NCBI RefSeq assembly: GCF_030144855.1 | Contig: NC_082717.1 | Location: 65,534,001 to 65,598,000, forward strand | Origin: Hypanus sabinus | Lineage: Eukaryota | Direction of reading: 5' to 3' | Length of the DNA: 64,000 nt | Part shown: in pieces, positions 54,301-64,000 of the stretch | Layout: every line of letters begins with the position of its first letter | Numbering within the stretch: the first letter of the stretch is position 1 | The notes under the pieces: model-generated | Database searches by the model: none | Seen by the model: only the letters and a program-made list of their open reading frames with translations | What the model was told of the DNA's origin: nothing | Position numbers and translations under genes: made by a program

Positions 54301-54760
54301 ACTTCAAAGTTCAAAGTAAATTTATTATCAAAGTGCATATGTCACCATGTAAAATTAATTTTCTTGCATTCACAGTAGAACAAAGAAATACAATGGAATT
54401 GATGAAAAGCTACACATAAAGACTGACAAGCAACCGATGTGCAAAAGACACACTGTGCAAATATAAAATTACACGTAATAATAATAAAATAAATAACGCC
54501 GAGAACGTTAGTTATTGAGTCCTTGAAAATGAGTCGATAGGTTGTGTTCAGTGATTACTTCAATATTGAGGTGAGTGAAGTTATTCATGCTGGCTCAGGA
54601 GCCTGATGATGAAGGGTAATAACTGTACTTCCATCCCAATGGTAGCTGCAAGAAGAGAGCATAGCCTGGATGCTGCTTTCTTGTGCCATTGCTCCTCGGG
54701 GGTGTGCTCAGTGGTGAGGAGGATTTTATTTTGTGGTATCCAGCACTTTTTGGAGAACTT
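54301..54760 (-). mobile_element. Rex1/Babar-like 3' fragment; last recognisable TE in the window
   Basis: ttcaaagttcaaagtaaatttattatcaaag terminus. Minus ORF KKAAS...RLCSLLAATIG. Confidence 0.72.
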
Positions 54761-55629
54761 ACTATTATTGGGCATTGGTTAAATATCCATTTTAGATCTT
54801 TATTGCTTTCATGCATAAAATCACGTGGGTTTTCATCGTGAGTACTTTCTCGCCCTCAGTAATACCTGTGATACTGCCCAAGCACTGGTTCCGAATGCGG
54901 CTCTTCTCCCTATTCAACAGGACTGCCTGCTTGGTGCAGCAAGCTGGGGCATGAAGGCACTGTGGCTTTCATCACCCGCTCTGCCAGGCTTATTAGAGTT
55001 TAAGGTGTTTGACTCCTTTATGAGGTCTCGGTGAATTAACATTAGATTTTCTCATCCAAATGTGTCTTAGTCCGCGAATGTTGTAATCGGGCTTTGTTTT
55101 AATTCAGTATTGGGTTTATTTGGTTATGTTGAAATATCTGCATTTTTCACATGAATTCACGTGAAAAAACACTGTTTGGCCGCATTGCAATCGTGTTAAC
55201 ACGTTTGTGAGACGATGTATCTAAATTCCTAACATTTAAATCCTGTTTTAAGCAGCAGTCCCGTAAGAACCTCGAGCATGTTCAGAGCTGTTGAGCCTGT
55301 TTGTTGTCTTCAGTGAATTTTGCATGGGAGGGGGTGGTGCTGTTTGCAAAGACGCATTCTTGTGTTGCTTATGAAGATTCACATGGTAACGGTTGATGTG
55401 CATTGTTGGATTTATCTGAATGCAACAGCCGTGTGAGTTTAACGTGAAAGCCCAGGGCAGTAGTGGGGCGCTAAATCCGAGCAGATTGCACCCTGTGTTT
55501 GGGAAGTAGAGAGCGGATGGTTTCGTTACTTTTGTACCTTTGGATATTTCAGTTGGTGTCGGATTTCCCTTGACTGTGGTCTGTTCAGGTATCTCTGTCA
55601 GCAACTACTCGTCCTTTTTCATTGTTTAC

Positions 55630-55800
55630 TTTCTTAATGAGCTGGGCGGAGCCGCTGGCCGGTTGATTGACAGCTACAAGCTGCTGTTGCGGGCGCCCAG
55701 CATGACCTCCTCAGTGCAATGCTTCACCTCCCAAACCCACCCTTAATACAACAGTGGCCGCGGCCAATTCGGCAGTGGCCTTTTCCACAAACCGGCAGGA
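55630..55800. promoter_or_regulatory. CpG/GC-rich promoter- or enhancer-like element in the penultimate EHBP1 intron
   Basis: GC box GGGCGG 55644-55649, PBX-MEIS/PREP decamer TGATTGACAG 55664-55673, CCAAT 55764-55768, clustered CpGs. Confidence 0.55.
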
Positions 55801-56955
55801 ACGATCATTTCTAAAAGACGAATGTATAAAATGTCTCGATTAAAGCTGAACCGCAACATTTTTAATTCTAAAGAAAATCAGAAATTCTGCATCACCCATT
55901 GGTCTTATGAACTGGTTGTCATTTGGGTGAATGACCCAAACTGTGTCAAGGGATGTTAATAAATCCCCGACTCCTTGCGCAGTTGCTGTTCCCCATGACT
56001 AGATGTGTACTAAATCAACCAGGAGTTGAACAAATTACGCAAAACACCGACAGAATTTTCTTTGACATATTTTATTGTAACATTTTTGTATGTAGAGAGA
56101 ACATGCTGAAACCCAGACTCGGATATTTCTGGGCTTATTGTGTCCTGTTTTATGTATTACGTCTACTATAAACGTTCGGCTATTTAATTTGTACTTAATA
56201 GGCAGAGGGTGGTAAATCTGCAGTGTATCTTTGATAACTTTTGACCCCGCCGGATGATTAATTTCTTTCGTAAAGTGGCTGTAACGTATCGAAGGCAAAT
56301 TGAAAGCCGGTCTTAATGCGCCCTACTCAAGAAGGTGCAGTTGGATATCGCGTAGTCCATGCAAGATTCTGTAATGGGCAGAGAATCTGGATATTTTGAA
56401 AGATTTGTGTATTTGAAATGTAGTTTGCTATTTTAGGATCAAAATATCATCACCGTATACATCAATAATGCTGTTTAACCCAGACATTAATGAGCTCCAA
56501 TCTGCTGACAGATAACAGCCAGGAAGTCCTCTCAGAGGACACAAAGCTAAAGTAGAACGCGTGGCTTGCTTGTTCTATAACCACCAAACCCTGAAAGCAT
56601 TAAAAGTTTCTCTTCTTTCAATCTCGTCTTTCTAACCTGTAGCAAGGGTATGTTGTGTAATCGTCATAACATGATCGAAATACAACTTTGTCTCTGAAAC
56701 CTCTTTCTTCAAATTGAACTTATGAAAAGTCGATTAAATCAGAAGTTCGAATGTTAGAAAGCGCCCATTTCCAAGTTACAGTGGCGGATTGGAACTATGT
56801 GATAGATGCATCTCAGTGGGTTTTTGCATTGGCGCTTCAATCCAACTATTTCATAAATACCATGTTTTACACGTGGGAGTTTGGGTAATACAGCGTTTAA
56901 GCGAATGCTGTCTCAGTAAGCAAAAAGAATAAATACGTTTTATACCTCTTCGCAG

Positions 56956-57070
56956 ATTGGCAAAAAACGGAAGCACAGAAGCGGCGCGAACAGCTTCTGC
57001 TGGATGAACTAGTTATTCTGGTTAACAAACGGGATGCACTTGTCCGAGATTTAGACGCGCAAGAGAAGCA
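56956..57070 (+). CDS. EHBP1: EHBP1 penultimate coding exon, bMERB domain
   Basis: Acceptor cctcttcgcag| and donor |gtaagt. Encodes (D)WQKTEAQKRREQLLLDELVILVNKRDALVRDLDAQEK(Q). 115 nt, in phase. Confidence 0.97.
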
Positions 57071-57299
57071 GTAAGTGCTGTATACCCGGCGAAGAAAAAT
57101 ACGGAACTTCCAAACGGGCTTTAAACTTTTATCAGTTTAAATTTGTAGACGGGTTGTTTAACAGTAGCCATTTCAAGTATTATAGTTTCTGAAATTTGAA
57201 ATAAAGTTTGTTTTAAGCAGAAGTTAAATTTAATCATCCTTCTTGCCACTGGTGATGACTTTGCAAGTTAGCTAATGTATAGTTTGTTAATGTTCCCAG

Positions 57300-57390
57300 G
57301 GCAGAAGAAGAAGATGAGCATTTGGAACGAACTCTCGAACAAAACAAAGGCAAAATCGTCAAGAAAGAAGATAAATGTGTGCTTCAGTGA
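57300..57390 (+). CDS. EHBP1: EHBP1 last coding exon ending in CaaX prenylation motif
   Basis: Acceptor tgttcccag|. Encodes (Q)AEEEDEHLERTLEQNKGKIVKKEDKCVLQ*, TGA at 57388-57390. Confidence 0.97.
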
Positions 57391-58525
57391 GACGACGCAA
57401 TATGTGGACCTATCTCACGTAGAACTCTTCATGACACACTGAAATAAAGCATTGCGATGGCATTGGAATGATACAGTGTCAGACGTATCGTCGGAAATTC
57501 TGTACTGTTTTATGTTAACAGCATTTAATTGTCCCAAGCCGTACGTCCGTGTATTTGGCTGCATTCATTGCTTTTATGAAATTGTATTTTGGAAAAAAAA
57601 CTAAGTGTAATTGTTTTATTTGTATCAGTGTCATTTGATCTTTATCCGATATAGTTGGGAAATGTCCGTACCAAAGGAAAAATTGTTACAAATGTACTCG
57701 AATCAACTTTTTTCTTCAGTGCGGAGATTAGTTTTAACGCTGCTTTACCTAGTTTGCGGCCAATTCGCTTTCGAATTGATTTTTTTAAAAATCGGCTTTG
57801 GAATACTCTGGCCCAGAAAGGAAGGTCTGGGAGGGTTGGTAAAAAACCAACCTCCAGGAAGAGTGGACTTTAAACTAGAATCATGCAGATTAGGGCCGAA
57901 GTAAATTCAGAATCCACAGGTTTCTCGCAGAAAGTTGAAAAAAAATTGGTCGCCAGCTTCTTTGTACTTCCAAAATACCTTGGATTGTAACTTTTCGGCT
58001 GCTTCACGTTCTAAAATTCTAAAACAAATATGTAAACGTCTAAATGTTGATGCTTGCTAGTTGCTGCGTTTCAAAAAATGCAAGGTTTTCACTGAGAAGT
58101 TGAAAGTTTCATTTGAACTGTAGAGTCGATGGAGATTTCAATTATATAAATATATAAATAGCAAGATTATACGGAACGGCCATGTTGTAAATGATTGTCT
58201 CTTAAAGCTAGTTTTAGTTGGAACTCTTTAAAGGGCTGATAAACGAGCACCAATTAGTGAAATTGACCCTCTCATGTTTTAGGGGCGTGTATTTATTGCC
58301 CTGAACAACGCACTGTAATTGCTTGAGTTCCAGCTTTTTGTTGAAATCGAGGCCGTTGTTATTTGTACTGAAAGGGAGCAGTTCTTTAGGAGCCTAAAAT
58401 TACCCTTAGTACAAATTTCTGAATAAGTCTAAGGTCGGATGTTGTTTGTGGGAAGAAATATTTCTCTTTATTTATTCCAGGGTCGTTATGAATCCTCAAT
58501 AAAAAGTGAACTTTTAAACATTTCA
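57391..58525 (+). other. EHBP1: Putative EHBP1 3' UTR (end uncertain)
   Basis: Follows the stop codon and is U-rich. AATAAA at 57443-57448 and 58498-58503. Confidence 0.55.
58498..58503 (+). terminator. Candidate distal polyadenylation signal of EHBP1
   Basis: AATAAA about 1.1 kb after the stop, with TG-rich sequence downstream (ctgtgtatgctgtgcgttt). Confidence 0.45.
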
Positions 58526-60039
58526 TAACGAAAGGACTGATCTTTATATCCAACAACTGTGTATGCTGTGCGTTTGAGATTTTTAGGTGAGCATTGTTGC
58601 TGAATGTAAGGTGGGGCCGGGGTGGGGGTGTGGTTGTTCTGCAGAGCAGAGGGAACTGACTGGAGTACAATATACTTTAAATGGGACCTATCTAACCCGT
58701 TACTGATGTTGACGTTGTCCTTCATTCTAGTCCAACCAATGAACTTAAGTTTGACAATTATGTATCAGCAATTACATTTTGGCCCGTAAAGGTCAAGGTT
58801 TCGATTTAATTATAAACAAATACAATCATTCTGAAATACCGGCAGATTTTCACGAGAGATAAAGCCGAATACCCGTTGCTGCATGCTGGTAATCTCACGT
58901 GGAAAATAACTTTCTTTCTTCACCGTTTTCCTGTTAACTTCTTCATGAGTATTTAACTCTCAGCAATGAGAATATTTGATAAGGTTTGAACAAAAACTTG
59001 AAGGAAAATAAATCTCTGGTCCAAATCTAAAATGCGCTTTCGGTCGAAGTTAAAGAGCGAATCTTCTTTCCTTGCAATTCTGGAAAATAACCCTTTGGAA
59101 TCAGTTGCCTTTTCCCCACTCGGCTCGATGAGATGTCTATCAGTCAGCCAGTACACAGGTAAACCAATTCAACTGCAACCACTAAGACTTTATTTTATGC
59201 TTTTCAGACTCTGGATGTTAAGTACAATCGATCTTGATTGAATAGATTTCAATTAATGCGCTAACATTTAAAATTACACTATTACACAGTTCTTATCTTT
59301 ATACCTATCATTATTTATTTGAAATAAGGCTAATAAAATAGTATAAAATATTTTGCACATCTTGTTGGTATTGGCTGATTTCCGTATAAACGATTCCTAA
59401 TGAGGGCTGATAATAGCTCGGTTATCATTCACACTCGCCGTGGTTATGGACCAGGAAATGCAACAAAAGCGCGAACCACGACCTCACCGCGGCATTAAAG
59501 CTTGAAGTTTAAATGAAGTTTTTTTACTGCAACAAAAAACATAAGGTAGCGCTTTTGTTGAGATCCATTCTGTAGAAAATGTACACTAGGCCACCCCCTC
59601 ATCGGACTGTTGTGAAGAATTTAGCTTTCAGATCAGCTGACGGTTACAACTTTGTATTTGTTTATTTTATTCACCTTGGGTGCGTTTCTTCCCCCGAATT
59701 ATGCCGTAATCTTTCTCACGTCTCCTCGACATTACATGCCAGGATTTGCTGTGAATTGAAACTTTGATACCATTCGCATGTGAACCTGGCGCTTATTGCA
59801 CCAGCGTTTAAATCGGCAAAAGCCTCCCATGTATAAAATTATTTGAAGATTCACAATTCAAGTGGCAACGTTTTAAGCCTCGAAACGTAAATGTTTCAGG
59901 ATCTTTTATGCTGAACACGTCATCTGTGTAATACACTGACCATTTTATAATCCATGGATATGATATTCCAAAGTTTGATACCTCGTATACGGTGTATATA
60001 CCTCGTCAGGCTCACATTCTTAGTATAGTTTTAATTTAG

Positions 60040-60250
60040 GTAAATGTAGGCCATTCATTTCTATGTGGGAGATTAAAAATACTATTTCCTAGAGACCATC
60101 TGTTTACACCCAGAGAGCCTTTGCAATAACTTGATTAGGAGCAAGATTAATGACACCAGCAAGCACGTTCATCAAAACTGTCTCTGATTAAATAGGGCGA
60201 ATAAGTTTGACGGGCTGTTGTCCATTCCAGTGTCCCTAACACTTCAAGAT
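60040..60250. promoter_or_regulatory. Candidate conserved enhancer between EHBP1 and the downstream gene
   Basis: Dense cluster of AGATTA/TGATTA homeodomain sites (four in about 130 nt), Fox TGTTTAC, TCF-like ATCAAA and E-box CATCTG. Confidence 0.5.
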
Positions 60251-63239
60251 TTATTTGCTGATACCTTCTCAGTTAGTGCTGGTAAGTTTTCCAGAACAGC
60301 TCTCGGGCTTCGGTACCGCTCGTGCACTTTTTAATAACAATTCTGTATTTCACTTCAGGTAAAAGCAGGCTGGCGGTTATAAAATGCAAACATCGTCTGT
60401 TGAACACTGTCTGATCCCTTGTTCAGGTCTGTACTCTTGCCGAAAACCAAAACTCCATATTTTATCTCTGTCTCCTTTCAGTCTCCATTTGTTTTTACTA
60501 CCATTTATATTCCGAACTAAAACAACCATTAAACCATATTAGTCTGCGAAAGTGCACAATGTTTCAAAGCTGCATAGCGTCATCAGAAATTCGGTGCCAA
60601 CTCGGTAATTACCTATGTCACCTAATAATCAGATAAGGGCTATTTATTTAAATGTAAGGACTTCCAGTTCTATTGTTGGGCACTATAAATAGTTATATTG
60701 GAGGAGAAAATCTCAAATCAACGTATCGTGAGAAGATGATTTTTAAAAATTGCAGCAGTTAACGGTAGCTGCGTTCTCAGCTCTTACCTGTTAGCTCTGG
60801 ATAAACCCAGTAACAAGTGAACAGTACAAACACTTTTTTAAAAAAAGGCTAAAAGTGCGTTCAGACTCGCAGTTTGAAAACTTTTCCGTGCTTCACCTGC
60901 TGAATTAGTTGCTGATGAAGGGGTTTATTCGCGATCGAGATTAGGGAAGTCTCCAGTGAATTATTACATCTGGAATCTTTGAAGTGCTTAAATGTAGCTC
61001 TAGGTGTTGATCACTGGGATTCCAATCCCCCTTTTCACGGAGCCAGTTATATAGTCCTTGATATGATTTCCTTTCCTGTGTAAAGTAAATTAAACCAAGT
61101 GTGGCCGTTACAATCTGCTGGCGAATTTATCCCGTAACCAGCTCGCATTGCCGCCCGAGTGCCATATTTTATTTAGTTTAGTCTGTGTGAAGATCAGCGG
61201 TGTTCGGAATCCTGCGGCAATCTTCTGACTTTAACCTTTAAGGAACGAGAGACAAAACTTTTTTCACCACCCTGCCCCAATCCCAGGCTTTCGTCTCGGC
61301 TTTAAGAAAATTCGACTGCAATTTCGGATTAGACAAATGCTCTTATTACAAAGGTTAGTGCCACTTGATACCTTGATACTTAACGCAGGCTTGATCAGCT
61401 CATCTTAAACAGAGTCTTCACCGAATAAAACCAGCCAGTAAATCATTGAGATGGCTATGGGGCTATTCTCGTCCACATTAGCATTATGTTTTATTACCTT
61501 AAGCAATGTAAAAATCTGGGATATTAACAAAATATGTCTTGAATTATTATTCAAAAGACAAGACTGAGCAGTCGTGTTCCCGATTTTTTCCATTTTATGT
61601 TAATGTGACGAATTAGAAAAATGATTGGATAATTAGCACAACAGTTTCCTCCAATATCACAGCAAAATATAACCTTGTTATCAATAACGATAACAATAGA
61701 CCACAATCGTTTATGAACAATAGCAACATAGCCCAAAACTGTGCAGTCTATATGCATGATAAATTAACAATAGCCATGTGATCTTATATTTTTCCAAAGG
61801 TATTAGCATTTTTAAACGTTCAACGACGTTAATGTTAATCCCTAACAATTTCTAATTATTTCGAATGATTGATTGCATCATTCTTGCTCATGGTAACGAA
61901 ATCTTATTATCATGGAAATTGTCCGCTTCAATGTAAAATTATCTTCCTTGAAGTTTTCACATTTCAAATACAGCAGGGGGAAAAAACAAGCCCAAAAAAA
62001 AACTTCTAGAAAAGTGCATTTATTGGTGAGTTGGGGCTGAATTGAACGCCATCCTTTTGTTATGAAAGATGCTCGAGTCGATGACTTTAGTGAGCTGTAG
62101 GGAAAGTCTTGTAAACCTCCCTTTGATGAGATGTTCCATATAGTTTAAAAAAAATGTAATTTCGTCTCTGGCGGCCGGTTTCTTTGAACATTAGCTCGCT
62201 TTCAGCTCCCGCTTCAATTAGAATGAGTTGATTTTGTGGGAACGACAAAAGAATGAGCAAAGCCTTATTAAGGTCTTCAGAGGAATCCACCGAACCTTTC
62301 AAAAACAGTTAAGGAAACACTGTGCCTTCCATGATATTCTGTTACCGTATTTTATTTGTTCACTAAAGAAAAGTGACGCTTGAAAAGTGGTTTCTTTGAT
62401 ACTCGGCCACCGACGGTACTTGTCCAAATCATTTATTTTCCGCGATGGCGTATTTTTTTTATTTTGAGATTTCGATTAAAGGCAGTCCCATTAAACTTTA
62501 CACTGACTATTCCGAAATGTAAATCTAAGTGGGGATTAGGCCGCCATTAATATTCATGAGAACGTGCAATTTCAAACAAAACCCCCCAAAAAAACTCAAC
62601 ACATATTTCTGTCCGTAATTATTTTGCTAGTTCGACTCGAACTTAACGACAAGGGAATCAAAACATGTTTAATAGCGGATGCTTTTAGGCATTGTGGAGT
62701 CGAACCGTTAAAATAACAGATAATAATTTTATTTGTATTTGTGGATAACATTCGTTTAAACTTAAACCATGTTTATAATTCAGTCTTAAGAAATATTTAA
62801 TGCACACAGGAGGATCTGCTATAATGGATATCTCAACAGATATTTATGTATTGACTTTTTGCCATATCTTACAGCATGCATTTCGTAACGAAAATTACAT
62901 TTTTGCGATTTAAACGATTTATTTAAACTATTTTTCCGCTCAGTCCAAAATCTGTTTACAGTAATTCAAATTTCGCTGAATAAATAGAACTGCTGGTTGA
63001 GTAGAAGGCAGATAGGAACTGTCGAAGTATTCCCTCCATGTATTCTAAACTTTTCAGTTACATGTCAGAGTAGTTGTTTCATTGCCAGGGTTTCGAGCGA
63101 CAATAAAAGCCGCCGTATTTAACTACCGATCGGCAATATTCTTAATAATTCAGTCGGGAGCATGGAAATCAGTAGACTTTCTTGCTAGGAGGGGGTATGC
63201 TGACCAATTTCAAGTAACCCTTTTACCAAGCTCTAGAAA

Positions 63240-63460
63240 TAATGTATTACGCCTCCGGGAAAGTAGTACGTCGGCGTCACCGAGCGACGCGCTGCCATTC
63301 ATCGGCAGACCAGCAAATGATTGGCCAGGTCCTTCGCTACGTCAGGTGGTTCCGCAAGGCTTGCGCTCACATAGAGAAGGCTGGGCCGGGGTGCGGTGAT
63401 TAATCCCCATTTACAGCGCCAGCGAACAGCCAGGTGCAAATACTCAGCCTCCGTAACTTT
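63240..63460 (+). promoter_or_regulatory. CpG-island promoter-like region, probably of OTX1 by synteny
   Basis: High CpG density, reverse CCAAT (ATTGG about 63320-63324), CRE-like TACGTCA 63338-63344, GATTAATCC 63398-63406. OTX1 lies just downstream of EHBP1 on the same strand in other vertebrates. Confidence 0.55.
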
Positions 63461-63609
63461 CTTTCGCTCTTAACTCATTTCACCCGCTCCACGCTTGATT
63501 CTATCAAGCGGGTCCAAGTTTCTGACTTTCCAACTTACTTTAATTTTTGAGGGGCACTTCCTCTGGCCCATCCTCTCCAAACCTAACCTTGTGTCATGTT
63601 TTGTTGCAG

Positions 63610-63670
63610 ACCAGCCAAGTGGCCCCGTCTTCATTTAGTGACTTTATCCGTGCAAAGACAGGCCGCGCAG
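63610..63670 (+). other. Candidate 61-nt non-coding (5' UTR) exon of the downstream gene (OTX1?)
   Basis: Acceptor tgttttgttgcag| at 63609/63610 and strong donor CAG|GTGAGT at 63670/63671. No ATG inside. Confidence 0.45.
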
Positions 63671-64000
63671 GTGAGTGAGACACCAGCTGTCCTCGCTAAG
63701 AGCGATTTATAAGAACAAATAAGTTAAAACTGAGAGCAGAAGAGGTTTATCATGAATTGCCTGTTTAATACTAAAAGCGCATTGTTCTACATTATTTCAC
63801 AAACACAGTACTTTCCGCACAGTTTAGCTTTAACTACTGCTGAGTGAGGGTTTTGTAATATAGTACTTAATTCGATATACCTCAGTCGACTGTGTCCAAA
63901 GTATGCAAATCTTCTAACTTCATTTTTTCTCTCCCGTAAATTTACAATTGCAGTATTCGAGGGTCGCATAAAAGCCTTAAATCCACTTACTGGCTAATTG

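Noticed and set aside
55455-55475. CTCF-like GCAGTAGTGGGGCGCTA at the CpG-domain boundary (also GGACCACATGGCGCTA near 13977)
   Set aside because: Both need an indel or several core mismatches to fit the CTCF consensus. Not supportable without a PWM scan or ChIP.
55248-55604. 118-aa minus-strand ORF near the intragenic promoter-like element
   Set aside because: Non-ATG start, no recognisable domain or splice context.
63082-63399. 105-aa ORF in the CpG island as OTX1 coding sequence
   Set aside because: Non-ATG start, no homeodomain or OTX N-terminal motif. Open only because of higher GC.
1-64000. Prokaryotic systems (CRISPR arrays, operons), tRNA/rRNA genes and intact autonomous transposons
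   Set aside because: Sequence is vertebrate intronic/intergenic. No regular repeat-spacer array or structured RNA gene was seen, and all TE ORFs are broken by stops or frameshifts.

Overview
AT-rich vertebrate genomic DNA. The repeat content (CR1, Rex1/Babar-type, Penelope, V-SINE) suggests a cartilaginous fish, probably a ray; this is an inference. The window holds the last four coding exons of EHBP1 on the + strand (27767-27866, 35619-35692, 56956-57070, 57300-57390). They splice in frame via canonical GT-AG sites and encode most of the C-terminal bMERB Rab-binding domain plus the CaaX box CVLQ*. None appear in the ORF track, whose ORFs are decayed transposon fragments or noise. The long introns contain degenerate CR1, L2, Rex1/Babar-like, Penelope, Tc1, hAT and SINE copies, several of them nested, plus TE-poor blocks that resemble conserved non-coding elements. 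From about 54.8 kb to the end, recognisable transposons disappear and CpGs are retained despite low GC. This stretch ends in a promoter-like region with a candidate non-coding exon, probably the 5' end of OTX1 by vertebrate synteny; no OTX1 coding sequence is in the window. The most unusual observations are: (1) a hAT MITE with a perfect 8-bp TSD carrying an inverted copy of sequence 1 kb upstream; (2) at least six degenerate minimal hammerhead-ribozyme motifs on Penelope-type termini; (3) an apparent methylation-canyon boundary with an intragenic promoter-like element. I found no convincing new protein-coding system.
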